Counted from the first letter of the stretch, positions 16,806 to 24,479 are shown. The stretch: 32,000 bases of DNA from an archaeon (GCA_035390665.1 DAOOUC010000002.1:92143-124142), one strand, 5' to 3'. Translations and numbers: made by a program. The notes: generated from the sequence alone by a model not told the origin.

Positions 16806-19172
16806 ATGGTTGAATTAAAAAAATTAAAACAGATTAAAGATAATCATATAAAAGAAAATCAGCATCCTAAATACACCCCGCAAGAGTTGTCTAACTATGA
16901 GCATAAACAAATTACTTTAAAAAAAATTAAAACTCGTGGAGAATCTAATTACATTCCACCAAAATCTGCAATTGTTGAAGAAAAAAAACCAAATTCTATT
17001 AATTCTAAAATCCCTGTTGAGGATTTACAAAATAGAATGATTGAAGAAAATTTATTATTTCAAATAGAGAAAAAAAAGTTAGAAATTATTTCTGATGACC
17101 TTAAAGATAATAATATTTCTAAAGATTATAATTTGATAGATGTATCTGATTCAAATATTGATGATTTGCTTGAGAATCTAAATAAGCAAACTACAAATAT
17201 AGATGAAGATAAACCGTTTTTAGAATCTATATCTTTTTTGGATGATGTTCCAAAAATAAATAAAATTGCGATTCCAAATTTAGATGTTTCTAACCTATAT
17301 GCGAAAATAGATGAAATAGAAAAAAAAAGAGAACAATCAAAAGTAATCCAGACAGAATATCTAAATCAGAATAATCTTAAGAATCCACTACAAAATAATA
17401 ACAAAGAAAAAAAAATAGACATTGTTCCATTAATTGAAAAAATTGAAATTCCAGAAATTATGACTTTAGATGATGATACAAAAATTACAGAATCAATAAA
17501 GAATGATTTTATAAGTTTAGAAAAAAAGGCAGTTACAGAAAAAATAAAAGAATCTAATTTTGTAAATTCTAATAAAGAATTGAAACAAAATCCAGAAATA
17601 GAGAATAGAATAAAAGATATAAAGATAAAAGCAGATAACATTAAAATATCTACGCCTGTAGAATATAAAAAAGAAAATACAAAAATAAAAGAATTAGAAA
17701 AAGTAAATTATATTTTACCTAAAGATTATTTAACTAATAAAGGGCCTGTAGCTTATGATGCAATAAAAAATAAGCAAAAAATTAATTTAATTTATGATTC
17801 AGAAGTTAAATCCAAATCCATAAATAAATCTGAAATTAATGAAAAATACAATATAGATGAATTTACATTTGTTAATATTAATTATAAAGAAAACAGCCTT
17901 TTTTATAATATAATCCAACCAGAATTAACAAAGACACAAGAGGAAACACTTTCTGAAGTAAAAAGGGCGTTTCTAGATTCTATTGATGCAAATTATTATT
18001 CTTTTAAAGGAGATAAACAAGGGATTCAAAGTTATATAAAAAAGATATTTGATTTGACTTTAGAAAAATTATCCTTTGATTTAACAAGCTTAGAAAAGAA
18101 ACAATATTTTAATTTCATAAAACAAGAATTTTCTGGATTGGGATTTTTAGCAAGTATATTAGAGGATAAAAATATAATTGAGGTAAATTGTGGAGGAGTA
18201 GGATTACCAATTATGGTTTATCATACTAAATATGGGTTAATTCAAACTAATTTAAAATTTGAAAAAATGTCTCAATTAAATTTATTTGTATTATCTTTAA
18301 CTAAAGTTATGGGATTAAGGGTAAATTCTTCTCAACCATTAATTAATGGCTATCTCCCAAATGGATATAAAGTTGAAGGATTATATTCTGTAGGAGATAC
18401 AAGTAATAAAGGATCATCCTTTATAATTAAGAAATATTTAGAAGAACCATTAACCCCAAATCAATTAATAAATTTAGGTATAGGTACAATAGATGTCTTT
18501 TCATATATTTGGTGTGCAATAGATCAAAATTATCAGGTCGCAATTACAGGTGGAGATTCTGTACTTTTGATTAATTCTATTGTTCAATTATATCCTAATA
18601 AAAAGATTGCAAGTGTTCAATCTTATGATTATTTTAAATTCCCACAAAAAAATTGGATAAAAAGAATGATACATAATGAGACGGCACTAGATAAGAAAAC
18701 ATTATTATCTCAAACACTTTCTGAAAGGCCAGATTATATTATTGTGGATGATTTTACTAAAGAATTATTTGATACAAAATGGTATGATTATAGTTTAATT
18801 TATGCTGATTCAAATATTATTGGAGAATATATAGAGAAGGTTAAATCTATAGGCACAAATACAATCATCATTTATTTAGATAGAATAAAATCTCGCGATT
18901 TTGAACAAACACAAATATTAAAAATAATAGAAATAGATAAAGGAAAAGAACAAAAAATCATAGAATTTAACATTGATGATGGGAGTTATCATTTTAACTT
19001 AGTGCCTTCTAATATTAATATTGTTGATTTTTTAAAAAAGCAGAAATTACTTAGATGGATATCAGACACAGATATATCTGATTATTTAGATTTTAATAAT
19101 CTAATTAATGATTATTATTTAGATTCTAAAAAATTATTTAACAAATTAAATATAATAGAAAAAGAGCAATAG
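16806..19172 (+). CDS. FlaI/GspE/VirB11-family secretion-ATPase homolog lacking ATPase motifs, with ~345-aa N-terminal extension
   Basis: Residues ~345-788 follow the FlaI block order: YNIIQPELT..; SGLGFLASILEDKNIIEVNCGG..PIMVYHTKYG; QPLINGYLPNGYKVEG..GSSFIIKKY; PLTPNQLI..GT. The P-loop position then reads VAITGGDSVLLINS (expected GxxGSGKTTLLN), and the Walker B position reads RPDYIIVDDF (expected RPDxIIVGExR). No GK[ST] occurs anywhere in the protein. Confidence 0.75.
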   Translation: MVELKKLKQIKDNHIKENQHPKYTPQELSNYEHKQITLKKIKTRGESNYIPPKSAIVEEKKPNSINSKIPVEDLQNRMIEENLLFQIEKKKLEIISDDLKDNNISKDYNLIDVSDSNIDDLLENLNKQTTNIDEDKPFLESISFLDDVPKINKIAIPNLDVSNLYAKIDEIEKKREQSKVIQTEYLNQNNLKNPLQNNNKEKKIDIVPLIEKIEIPEIMTLDDDTKITESIKNDFISLEKKAVTEKIKESNFVNSNKELKQNPEIENRIKDIKIKADNIKISTPVEYKKENTKIKELEKVNYILPKDYLTNKGPVAYDAIKNKQKINLIYDSEVKSKSINKSEINEKYNIDEFTFVNINYKENSLFYNIIQPELTKTQEETLSEVKRAFLDSIDANYYSFKGDKQGIQSYIKKIFDLTLEKLSFDLTSLEKKQYFNFIKQEFSGLGFLASILEDKNIIEVNCGGVGLPIMVYHTKYGLIQTNLKFEKMSQLNLFVLSLTKVMGLRVNSSQPLINGYLPNGYKVEGLYSVGDTSNKGSSFIIKKYLEEPLTPNQLINLGIGTIDVFSYIWCAIDQNYQVAITGGDSVLLINSIVQLYPNKKIASVQSYDYFKFPQKNWIKRMIHNETALDKKTLLSQTLSERPDYIIVDDFTKELFDTKWYDYSLIYADSNIIGEYIEKVKSIGTNTIIIYLDRIKSRDFEQTQILKIIEIDKGKEQKIIEFNIDDGSYHFNLVPSNINIVDFLKKQKLLRWISDTDISDYLDFNNLINDYYLDSKKLFNKLNIIEKEQ

Positions 19173-19174
19173 AT

Positions 19175-20017
19175 ATGTTTGGAAAATTTTTTACAAAGAT
19201 TTCTGAATTCTTCTTTTCAGAGATATCTAAACTTATTGTTCCGAAATTTAAAGAATTATCTAAAACTCTTTCATTTACTGATATTGAAGAAGATGCTCAA
19301 ACATATCTTTCAAATATATTGTTTTTATCTTTCCTTATAGGAATAATCTTAGAATTTTTAATGATTTTTGTAATGCTTAAATTAAATATATTATTTAATA
19401 TTTTTACTTTTGTCTTAACAATAATAATTGCCTTTACCTTTGCAGGGTTAATTTTTATTATATTATATAATTATCCAAAATTTATTTTATTATCTAATAA
19501 AAAAAAGATAGAAGAAGAATTAGAAACAAGCATAAAGCATCTTTCTGTTTTACAGGATAAGAATTTAACTGTGAAAGATGTACTTTACTTATTACAAAAA
19601 ATAGATAATAACAAAATACTTACTGTAGAATCAAAAAGAATATTATCTATGTCTGATTTAAATAAAAATCTTAAAGAAACATTAAAATATATGTGTGATA
19701 ATACCTATTCTGAACAAGAATATAGCTTCTTATCTAAATTAATAGAAGTCTTGGATGGGAAATACAAATTGGATCAAGTAATAAATGAATATTTTTTGTC
19801 TACGGAGCAAACAAGAAAAGAAAAAGAAGAACATCAAAGAAGTAGAATTACCTTGTTATTTGAAATAAATATTTTTTTGTTCTTTTTAATCTTTGTTTTA
19901 ATCTTTAGTGTTTTCTTAATGCCTATATATAGAAATTCAATAAAAGAGATTTTATTTGCTATTGCAATTATTTTTCCAATTATTGAATTAATTTTAATAA
20001 TAATATTAAGTAAGTGA
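19175..20017 (+). CDS. FlaJ/TadC-like membrane platform protein (single T2SSF-like domain)
   Basis: Two N-terminal TM helices, then a ~130-aa helical cytoplasmic segment (EEELETSIKHLSVLQDKNLTVKDVLYLL...LKETLKYM...LSKLIEVLDG) resembling a T2SSF repeat, then C-terminal TM helices. Starts 2 nt after the FlaI-like gene. Confidence 0.6.
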   Translation: MFGKFFTKISEFFFSEISKLIVPKFKELSKTLSFTDIEEDAQTYLSNILFLSFLIGIILEFLMIFVMLKLNILFNIFTFVLTIIIAFTFAGLIFIILYNYPKFILLSNKKKIEEELETSIKHLSVLQDKNLTVKDVLYLLQKIDNNKILTVESKRILSMSDLNKNLKETLKYMCDNTYSEQEYSFLSKLIEVLDGKYKLDQVINEYFLSTEQTRKEKEEHQRSRITLLFEINIFLFFLIFVLIFSVFLMPIYRNSIKEILFAIAIIFPIIELILIIILSK

Positions 20018-20024
20018 AAAATTA

Positions 20025-21155
20025 ATGAGTGTAAATAAAACCACAAATAAAGAAATTAATTTGTTTTTCTATAATCATGAATATACCATCTTAAATATTG
20101 CAGGAATAATTTGTGGTCTTATTATTTTATGGATTGCAAATAACTTTTTTGTTGATAGTAAGATATATTATCTGATATTTATTTTTGGATTGTTAGTTGG
20201 GGGATTTGGTTTTGTTATAGAATATTATATAAAAAATGAAAAACGTAAGTCTTTAGAAACAGAATTTAGTTATTTTTTATATGATTTATCTAAGGAATAT
20301 AAAAAAACAAACAATTTATCTTTAGCATTAACAAATATATCTGAATATAATTTTTATGGAGACATAAATACAGATATAAAAAGATTAGCAAATAGAGTAT
20401 CTTGGGGAGATTCTTTTGAGGATGCATTAGAGTCAATAAATAAAAACATAAATAGTTCTGTTATTATTCACACACTTGTATTACTTAGAGCATTAAAGAA
20501 ATCATCGGTCTCTTATGATATAATTTTAAAGAATATATCCAAGGATCTTAAAATATTTAAAAGTGAAGATCGTTCAAAAAAGTATTTTTCAAATTTATTT
20601 TATTTGTCTTTGGTTTTTTATTTTGTATTTATTTTTGTTTTATTATATATTGACCACATTATTGGTGGAAATTTTCTGTGGAGTAGTAATGCAGAAGTAG
20701 TTACAAGAATATTCTTTGATAATTTTATGCTTTATTTGGCATTGCTTTTAGGGGTTTTTACTGCTTACGTTATGTATTCTATAAAAAAAGACAAAGGCAT
20801 AAATTTTGTTAAATATATTCTATTAATGTTTATAATAACCGTTATCTTATTTCAAATCTTTGCACCAAAACCAGAGGCTGAAAGAATTTTAATAGATACA
20901 ATAGAATATATGATCAAAAATAATGAAACAAAAGTAGAAATAGATAATGCAATTGCATTAAAGACAATAAGTTCTAAATACATTTCTGAAAAAGTAGAGA
21001 CCGAAACTATATATTTTCAACAGGTTGATAATTTAAGTTGTTTCTCTGAAGAATGTAAAGAGTTTACTATCTTTGTTAATGAGCCAGCATTCTATGATTT
21101 TATTATCGAGAAACAAGAAAATAATCATTTTATTATATATTATAAAAAAGTTTAA
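20025..21155 (+). CDS. FlaJ/TadB-like membrane platform protein (single T2SSF-like domain) with extra C-terminal soluble domain
   Basis: TM helices flank ETEFSYFLYDLSKEYKKTNNLSLALTNISE..DIKRLANRVSWGDSFEDALESI, a T2SSF-like pattern (l..fl..L....+aG.sl..Al..i......l..e...i...v..G.s..eAl). The last ~100 aa are non-membrane. Confidence 0.65.
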   Translation: MSVNKTTNKEINLFFYNHEYTILNIAGIICGLIILWIANNFFVDSKIYYLIFIFGLLVGGFGFVIEYYIKNEKRKSLETEFSYFLYDLSKEYKKTNNLSLALTNISEYNFYGDINTDIKRLANRVSWGDSFEDALESINKNINSSVIIHTLVLLRALKKSSVSYDIILKNISKDLKIFKSEDRSKKYFSNLFYLSLVFYFVFIFVLLYIDHIIGGNFLWSSNAEVVTRIFFDNFMLYLALLLGVFTAYVMYSIKKDKGINFVKYILLMFIITVILFQIFAPKPEAERILIDTIEYMIKNNETKVEIDNAIALKTISSKYISEKVETETIYFQQVDNLSCFSEECKEFTIFVNEPAFYDFIIEKQENNHFIIYYKKV

Positions 21156-21167
21156 TAAGAAAAAGAT

Positions 21168-21533
21168 ATGATAAAAAACATTACAAAGAAAAAATTAATA
21201 ATTAGTGATTATAAGATTGCAAATACTGTTTTTTCTAGAGGATTAGGGTTAATGTTTTCCAGAAAATCAAAATTTAATTATGGATTAATATTTGACTTAG
21301 AAAGAGAAACAGTTATTGGAGCAAGTTTGCATATGTTTTTTGTATTTTATCCAATAAATGTAATATTTTTGAATTCAAAAAAACAAATTGTGGATATCAA
21401 AACCGATTTTAGGCCATTTACATTTTATTCTACAAATAAGAAATGCAGGTATATTATTGAATTACCTAAAAAGATTGGATTAAGATATTATTCTTTAAAT
21501 GATAGAATTTCTTGGAAAAACATCAAAAATTGA
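21168..21533 (+). CDS. DUF192 (COG1430) family protein
   Basis: ANTVFSRGLGLMFSRK...GLIFDL...HMFFVFYPINVIFLNSKKQIVDI matches the DUF192 pattern (A.t...R..GLM.R....G.lF......M....pLDiiFld..g.Iv.i). Confidence 0.7.
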   Translation: MIKNITKKKLIISDYKIANTVFSRGLGLMFSRKSKFNYGLIFDLERETVIGASLHMFFVFYPINVIFLNSKKQIVDIKTDFRPFTFYSTNKKCRYIIELPKKIGLRYYSLNDRISWKNIKN

Positions 21534-21649
21534 TGATTTTCTTGTGTTTTTATTATGTAGACTTTGAAAATCAAACTGATTTCTAATTGTTGGTTTAAAT
21601 TAACTACCAGTAACCATATATAAAGATTTTAGGACTATAACATATACAG

Positions 21650-21850
21650 TAATCTATTACCTAGATTTCCACAAAAGAATAAAAGGCAGAAAAGAGGAAG
21701 AGAAGAAACATACTGTTTAACAGGAACAGGTCCCTGTTCTTTTCTTCTTAGAAATTAATTACATTTGTGGCTTAATTGCCCCAAAACCTTTTCCTTCCCC
21801 AAAAGAAGAGGTAAACTAAGGAGCCCAAATGGGCTCAAGTTCTATTTTTA
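21650..21850. ncRNA. Candidate structured RNA or regulatory region, unassigned (boundaries approximate)
   Basis: This is the GC-richer core of a 447-bp ORF-free spacer. A TATA-like ATATATAAAG lies upstream at 21615-21624. One hairpin is GAACAG-GTCC-CTGTTC (21724-21739), followed by TTTTCTTCTT. A second, perfect hairpin is GAGCCC-AAAT-GGGCTC (21821-21836), followed by a T-rich tract (TCTATTTTTATT). Complementary purine and pyrimidine tracts are present. I recognise no known RNA family. Confidence 0.25.
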
Positions 21851-21980
21851 TTAAAAATGTTTTATTTAAATATGTTTCTATATAAATATATTTATAATAA
21901 CTATAATATAAATTCGACTATAGAAAATCACAATCTTTGTGTTTTTAAGCGATTTTTAAAAAATTTCAAGGTGAATAGAG

Positions 21981-22751
21981 ATGGGATTAAGACCAGGACA
22001 TTGTTATTGTCAAAATGTTAAAAAAAGAGCATATTCAAGAATTGCAGTTAAAGTTCATAAAAAGAACTTTATTGGTGGTGTACCAGGATTAAAGATAAGA
22101 CAGTTTCACATGGGTAATGGGAATAGAGCATATACGCATGTAATTCATTTTACTACAAAAAACAAGGTACAGATTAGAGACAATGCAATTGAAGCAGTAA
22201 GACAAAGTGTTGTAAGACAGTTAAACAAGAAATTAACGGCAGTAAACTATTATATGAAAGTAAGAGTTTATCCTCAATTTTTCTTAAGAGAAAACAAACA
22301 AGCACAAGGGGCACACGCAGATAGAATTCAAACAGGAATGAGTCAATGTCCTTTTGGAAAAGTTGTTGGTAGAGCTTCAAGAGTAAGAGCAGGACAGAAA
22401 ATATATAGTGTCTTAGTTGATGAAGCAAATGTTAAATTTGTTAAGGAACTTTTCGAAAGAATGGGTTCAAAGTTCCCTACAGAAATGAAAGTTATTGTTG
22501 AAAAGAATACAGATAATTTAAAGTCTGTTGGAACAGTAAGAAAGAAAAGAAAGATGAAGGAAGAAGAAGAAACAAAAGCCGCAACAACAGAAGCAGCACC
22601 AGCAGCAGGTAAAGATGCAAAAGCAGCAGCTCCTGCAAAGGGCGCAGCTCCAGCTAAAGGTGCAGCACCTGCAAAAGGCGCAGCTCCCGCAGGTAAAGAT
22701 GCAAAAGCAGCAGCTCCAGCAAAGGGCGCAGCTCCAGCAAAGAAGAAATAA
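21981..22751 (+). CDS. rpl10e: Ribosomal protein uL16 (L10e type) with ~70-aa Ala/Pro/Lys-rich repetitive C-terminal extension
   Basis: MGLRPGHCYCQNVKKRAYSRIAVKVHKKNFIGGVPGLKIRQFHMGN is the canonical L10e N-terminus. SD-like GGTGA at 21970-21974 lies 6 nt before the ATG. The core ends near residue 185. The tail is KKRKMKEEEETKAATTEAAPAAGKDAKAAAPAKGAAPAKGAAPAKGAAPAGKDAKAAAPAKGAAPAKKK. Confidence 0.9.
   Translation: MGLRPGHCYCQNVKKRAYSRIAVKVHKKNFIGGVPGLKIRQFHMGNGNRAYTHVIHFTTKNKVQIRDNAIEAVRQSVVRQLNKKLTAVNYYMKVRVYPQFFLRENKQAQGAHADRIQTGMSQCPFGKVVGRASRVRAGQKIYSVLVDEANVKFVKELFERMGSKFPTEMKVIVEKNTDNLKSVGTVRKKRKMKEEEETKAATTEAAPAAGKDAKAAAPAKGAAPAKGAAPAKGAAPAGKDAKAAAPAKGAAPAKKK
22608..22748 (+). repeat. 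In-frame tandem repeat inside the rpl10e 3' end (84-bp duplication made of 18-bp GCAGCTCCAGCAAARGGY-like units)
   Basis: GGTAAAGATGCAAAAGCAGCAGCTCC occurs at 22608 and again at 22692, a period of 84 bp (28 aa). The internal AAPAKG units are encoded by near-identical 18-mers. The segment is visibly much more GC-rich than its surroundings. Confidence 0.85.
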
Positions 22752-22784
22752 GTGTTTTATTTCTTTCTTTTTCTTTTTTTATTT
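22743..22784 (+). terminator. Stop-codon-spanning hairpin plus T-tract after rpl10e
   Basis: AGAAATAA (22744-22751, includes the TAA stop at 22749-22751) pairs perfectly with TTATTTCT (22757-22764) around the loop GTGTT. TTCTTTTTCTTTTTTTATTT follows. Confidence 0.45.
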
Positions 22785-22805
22785 GTATTTGAATTTTGAA
22801 AAATT

Positions 22806-23996
22806 ATGTATTTATTTTTACTTGGAAGAGATAAAGAACTTTCAAAACTTGAGCTTGCAATATATTTGCAAAAAAATAAAATTTCTTATTCTATCATTTC
22901 TAATTCTGAAAAATATTTAATCTTAGATATAAAAGAAAAGGAAAAGGAACTTATCAATTTAACTCAAAATCTTGGGGGTATTGTTAGAGTTTGTAAAATT
23001 TATATATCTGCTAAAAAGATAACTAAAGAAATTATTGATAAATTAGATTTTAATGTTCCAAAAAAATTTAATTACACGATATCCAGTATTGATATAAATC
23101 AGAGAGAAATAGAAGCAGTTGAACAATTATTAAAACAGAGTTTTAAGGAAGAAAAAGCTAAGGCAGTTTATAAAAAGCCAATAAATCATTCTGAGAAAAA
23201 ATCTAAATTTAATACAAATTATATTGCAAATCCGGATAATTATTATTCTTGGAAAATTGAAAATGGTTTGGAATTATTTGTAATTAAAAATTCAGATACT
23301 TATTATTTTGCAAGAACAATATCTTGTTTTGATCCTAAACAAAATATAATTAAAGATAAAGGACGCCCAGCAATAAAAGAAATGTATAATACATCTTTTA
23401 GATTAGTTTCAATTATGATTAATCTTTTAGGTCTTGAAAAAGGTAAAACTATTGTAGATCCGTTTTGTGGAACAGGAACTTTCTTAATAGAAGGACTTAT
23501 TAAAGGTTATAGTGTTGTGGGTATTGATGTCGATCAAGAGATGGTAGAAGCAAGTAATAAAAATGTTTCTTGGGCAATAAAAGAATTTAAATTAAAGGGT
23601 AATTATAAAATAATTAAAGGTAATTCAGGGACATCTAAATTTCAAGCAGATGCATCTGTCTTTGAACCATATATGGGGCCATTTTTACGTAAAGCAATTA
23701 ATATTGATAAAGCAAGAGCAACAATTAAAGAATTAAATGATATTTATTTTCAAGTTTTTGAAAATCTTTCAAAACAGTTACCTAAGAAATCAAAAGTGGT
23801 TTGTATTCTACCAGAATTGAAAACTTTTGATAATAAAGTTGTTCCAATTAACTGGGCAGTTTATGAAAAAAATGGATTTAGTTTAGTTGATGTTTCAAAA
23901 ATTGATTGTACTTTAGGATTAAGAAATCCAATAAATTATTCTACACCTAGTGGATCAATGATTAATAGAAAAATATATATTTTAGAAAGATTATGA
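22806..23996 (+). CDS. Putative tRNA (guanine-N2) methyltransferase, Trm11/Trm14 (UPF0020) class, with N-terminal THUMP-like region
   Basis: SAM motif I is VDPFCGTGTFLIEG. The motif IV position reads VFEPYMG (canonical DPPYG). The N-terminus MYLFLLGRDKELSKLELAIYL resembles the archaeal Trm-G10/TIGR01177 family. Confidence 0.65.
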   Translation: MYLFLLGRDKELSKLELAIYLQKNKISYSIISNSEKYLILDIKEKEKELINLTQNLGGIVRVCKIYISAKKITKEIIDKLDFNVPKKFNYTISSIDINQREIEAVEQLLKQSFKEEKAKAVYKKPINHSEKKSKFNTNYIANPDNYYSWKIENGLELFVIKNSDTYYFARTISCFDPKQNIIKDKGRPAIKEMYNTSFRLVSIMINLLGLEKGKTIVDPFCGTGTFLIEGLIKGYSVVGIDVDQEMVEASNKNVSWAIKEFKLKGNYKIIKGNSGTSKFQADASVFEPYMGPFLRKAINIDKARATIKELNDIYFQVFENLSKQLPKKSKVVCILPELKTFDNKVVPINWAVYEKNGFSLVDVSKIDCTLGLRNPINYSTPSGSMINRKIYILERL

Positions 23997-24017
23997 ATTT
24001 AAAGGAGTGAATAGGAT

Positions 24018-24479
24018 ATGGAAAGAACATTATTGATATTTAAACCTGATGCACTAAATAGAGCGTTAGTTGGAGAAATTTTACATAGATTTGAAAGAAA
24101 AGGATTAAAGATTGTAGGAATGAAAATGATGTATCTTAGTGATGACTTACTTGATGAACACTATTCTCATCTTAAAGACAAACCCTTTTTTCCAAGAATA
24201 AAAAAGTTTATGAAGAGTGCACCTTCAATTCTTTGTGTTCTTGAGGGAAACAACGTAATTAGTGTTGTTAGAAATTTAGTGGGAGTTACAAGAGGTTATG
24301 AAGCAGCTTCAGGCACAATAAGGGGAGATTATTCCTTAAGTGGGCAATGTAATGTAGTCCATGCATCTGATTCTATTGTTGCTTCAGACATTGAAATTGC
24401 TAGATTTTTTAAAGATAATGAATTGTTTAATTACGAAAAAGTTGATTTAAATTTTGTATATGCAGAAGACGAGAAATAA
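24018..24479 (+). CDS. ndk: Nucleoside diphosphate kinase
   Basis: ERTLLIFKPDALNRALVGEILHRFERKGLKIVGMK, plus the catalytic His context NVVHASDS. Strong SD GGAGTGA (24004-24010) lies 7 nt upstream of the ATG. Confidence 0.92.
   Translation: MERTLLIFKPDALNRALVGEILHRFERKGLKIVGMKMMYLSDDLLDEHYSHLKDKPFFPRIKKFMKSAPSILCVLEGNNVISVVRNLVGVTRGYEAASGTIRGDYSLSGQCNVVHASDSIVASDIEIARFFKDNELFNYEKVDLNFVYAEDEK

Noticed and set aside
21531-21581. Possible C/D-box sRNA: TGATGA at 21531-21536 (overlapping the DUF192 stop) and CTGA about 40 nt downstream.
   Set aside because: No convincing D' or C' boxes occur at the required 12-nt guide spacing, there is no terminal stem, and the R preceding UGAUGA is a U. The match is probably chance in AT-rich sequence.
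21680-21850. Known RNA families for the structured spacer: RNase P RNA (AGGAACAGGTCCC resembles GAGGAAAGUCC, with GGCTTA downstream) or SRP RNA.
   Set aside because: The two RNase-P-like strings are only ~35 nt apart, where ~250 nt would be needed, and the other conserved regions are missing. No SRP helix-8 GGAA/AGCA motifs are present, and the region is too short for either RNA.
21817-21884. 18-codon ORF (MGSSSIFIKNVLFKYVSI) preceded by a strong AAGGAG.
   Set aside because: The SD and ATG are both buried in the perfect GAGCCC/GGGCTC hairpin. The peptide is short and runs through the T-rich terminator-like tract. It is more likely fortuitous, and it is mentioned only as part of the spacer finding.
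22615-22920. 101-aa alternative-frame ORF (MQKQQLLQRAQLQ...) running through the rpl10e repeat tail into the methyltransferase gene.
   Set aside because: It is a by-product of the GCAGC-rich tandem repeat read in the +1 frame. It crosses a terminator-like hairpin and T-tract and overlaps two well-supported genes.
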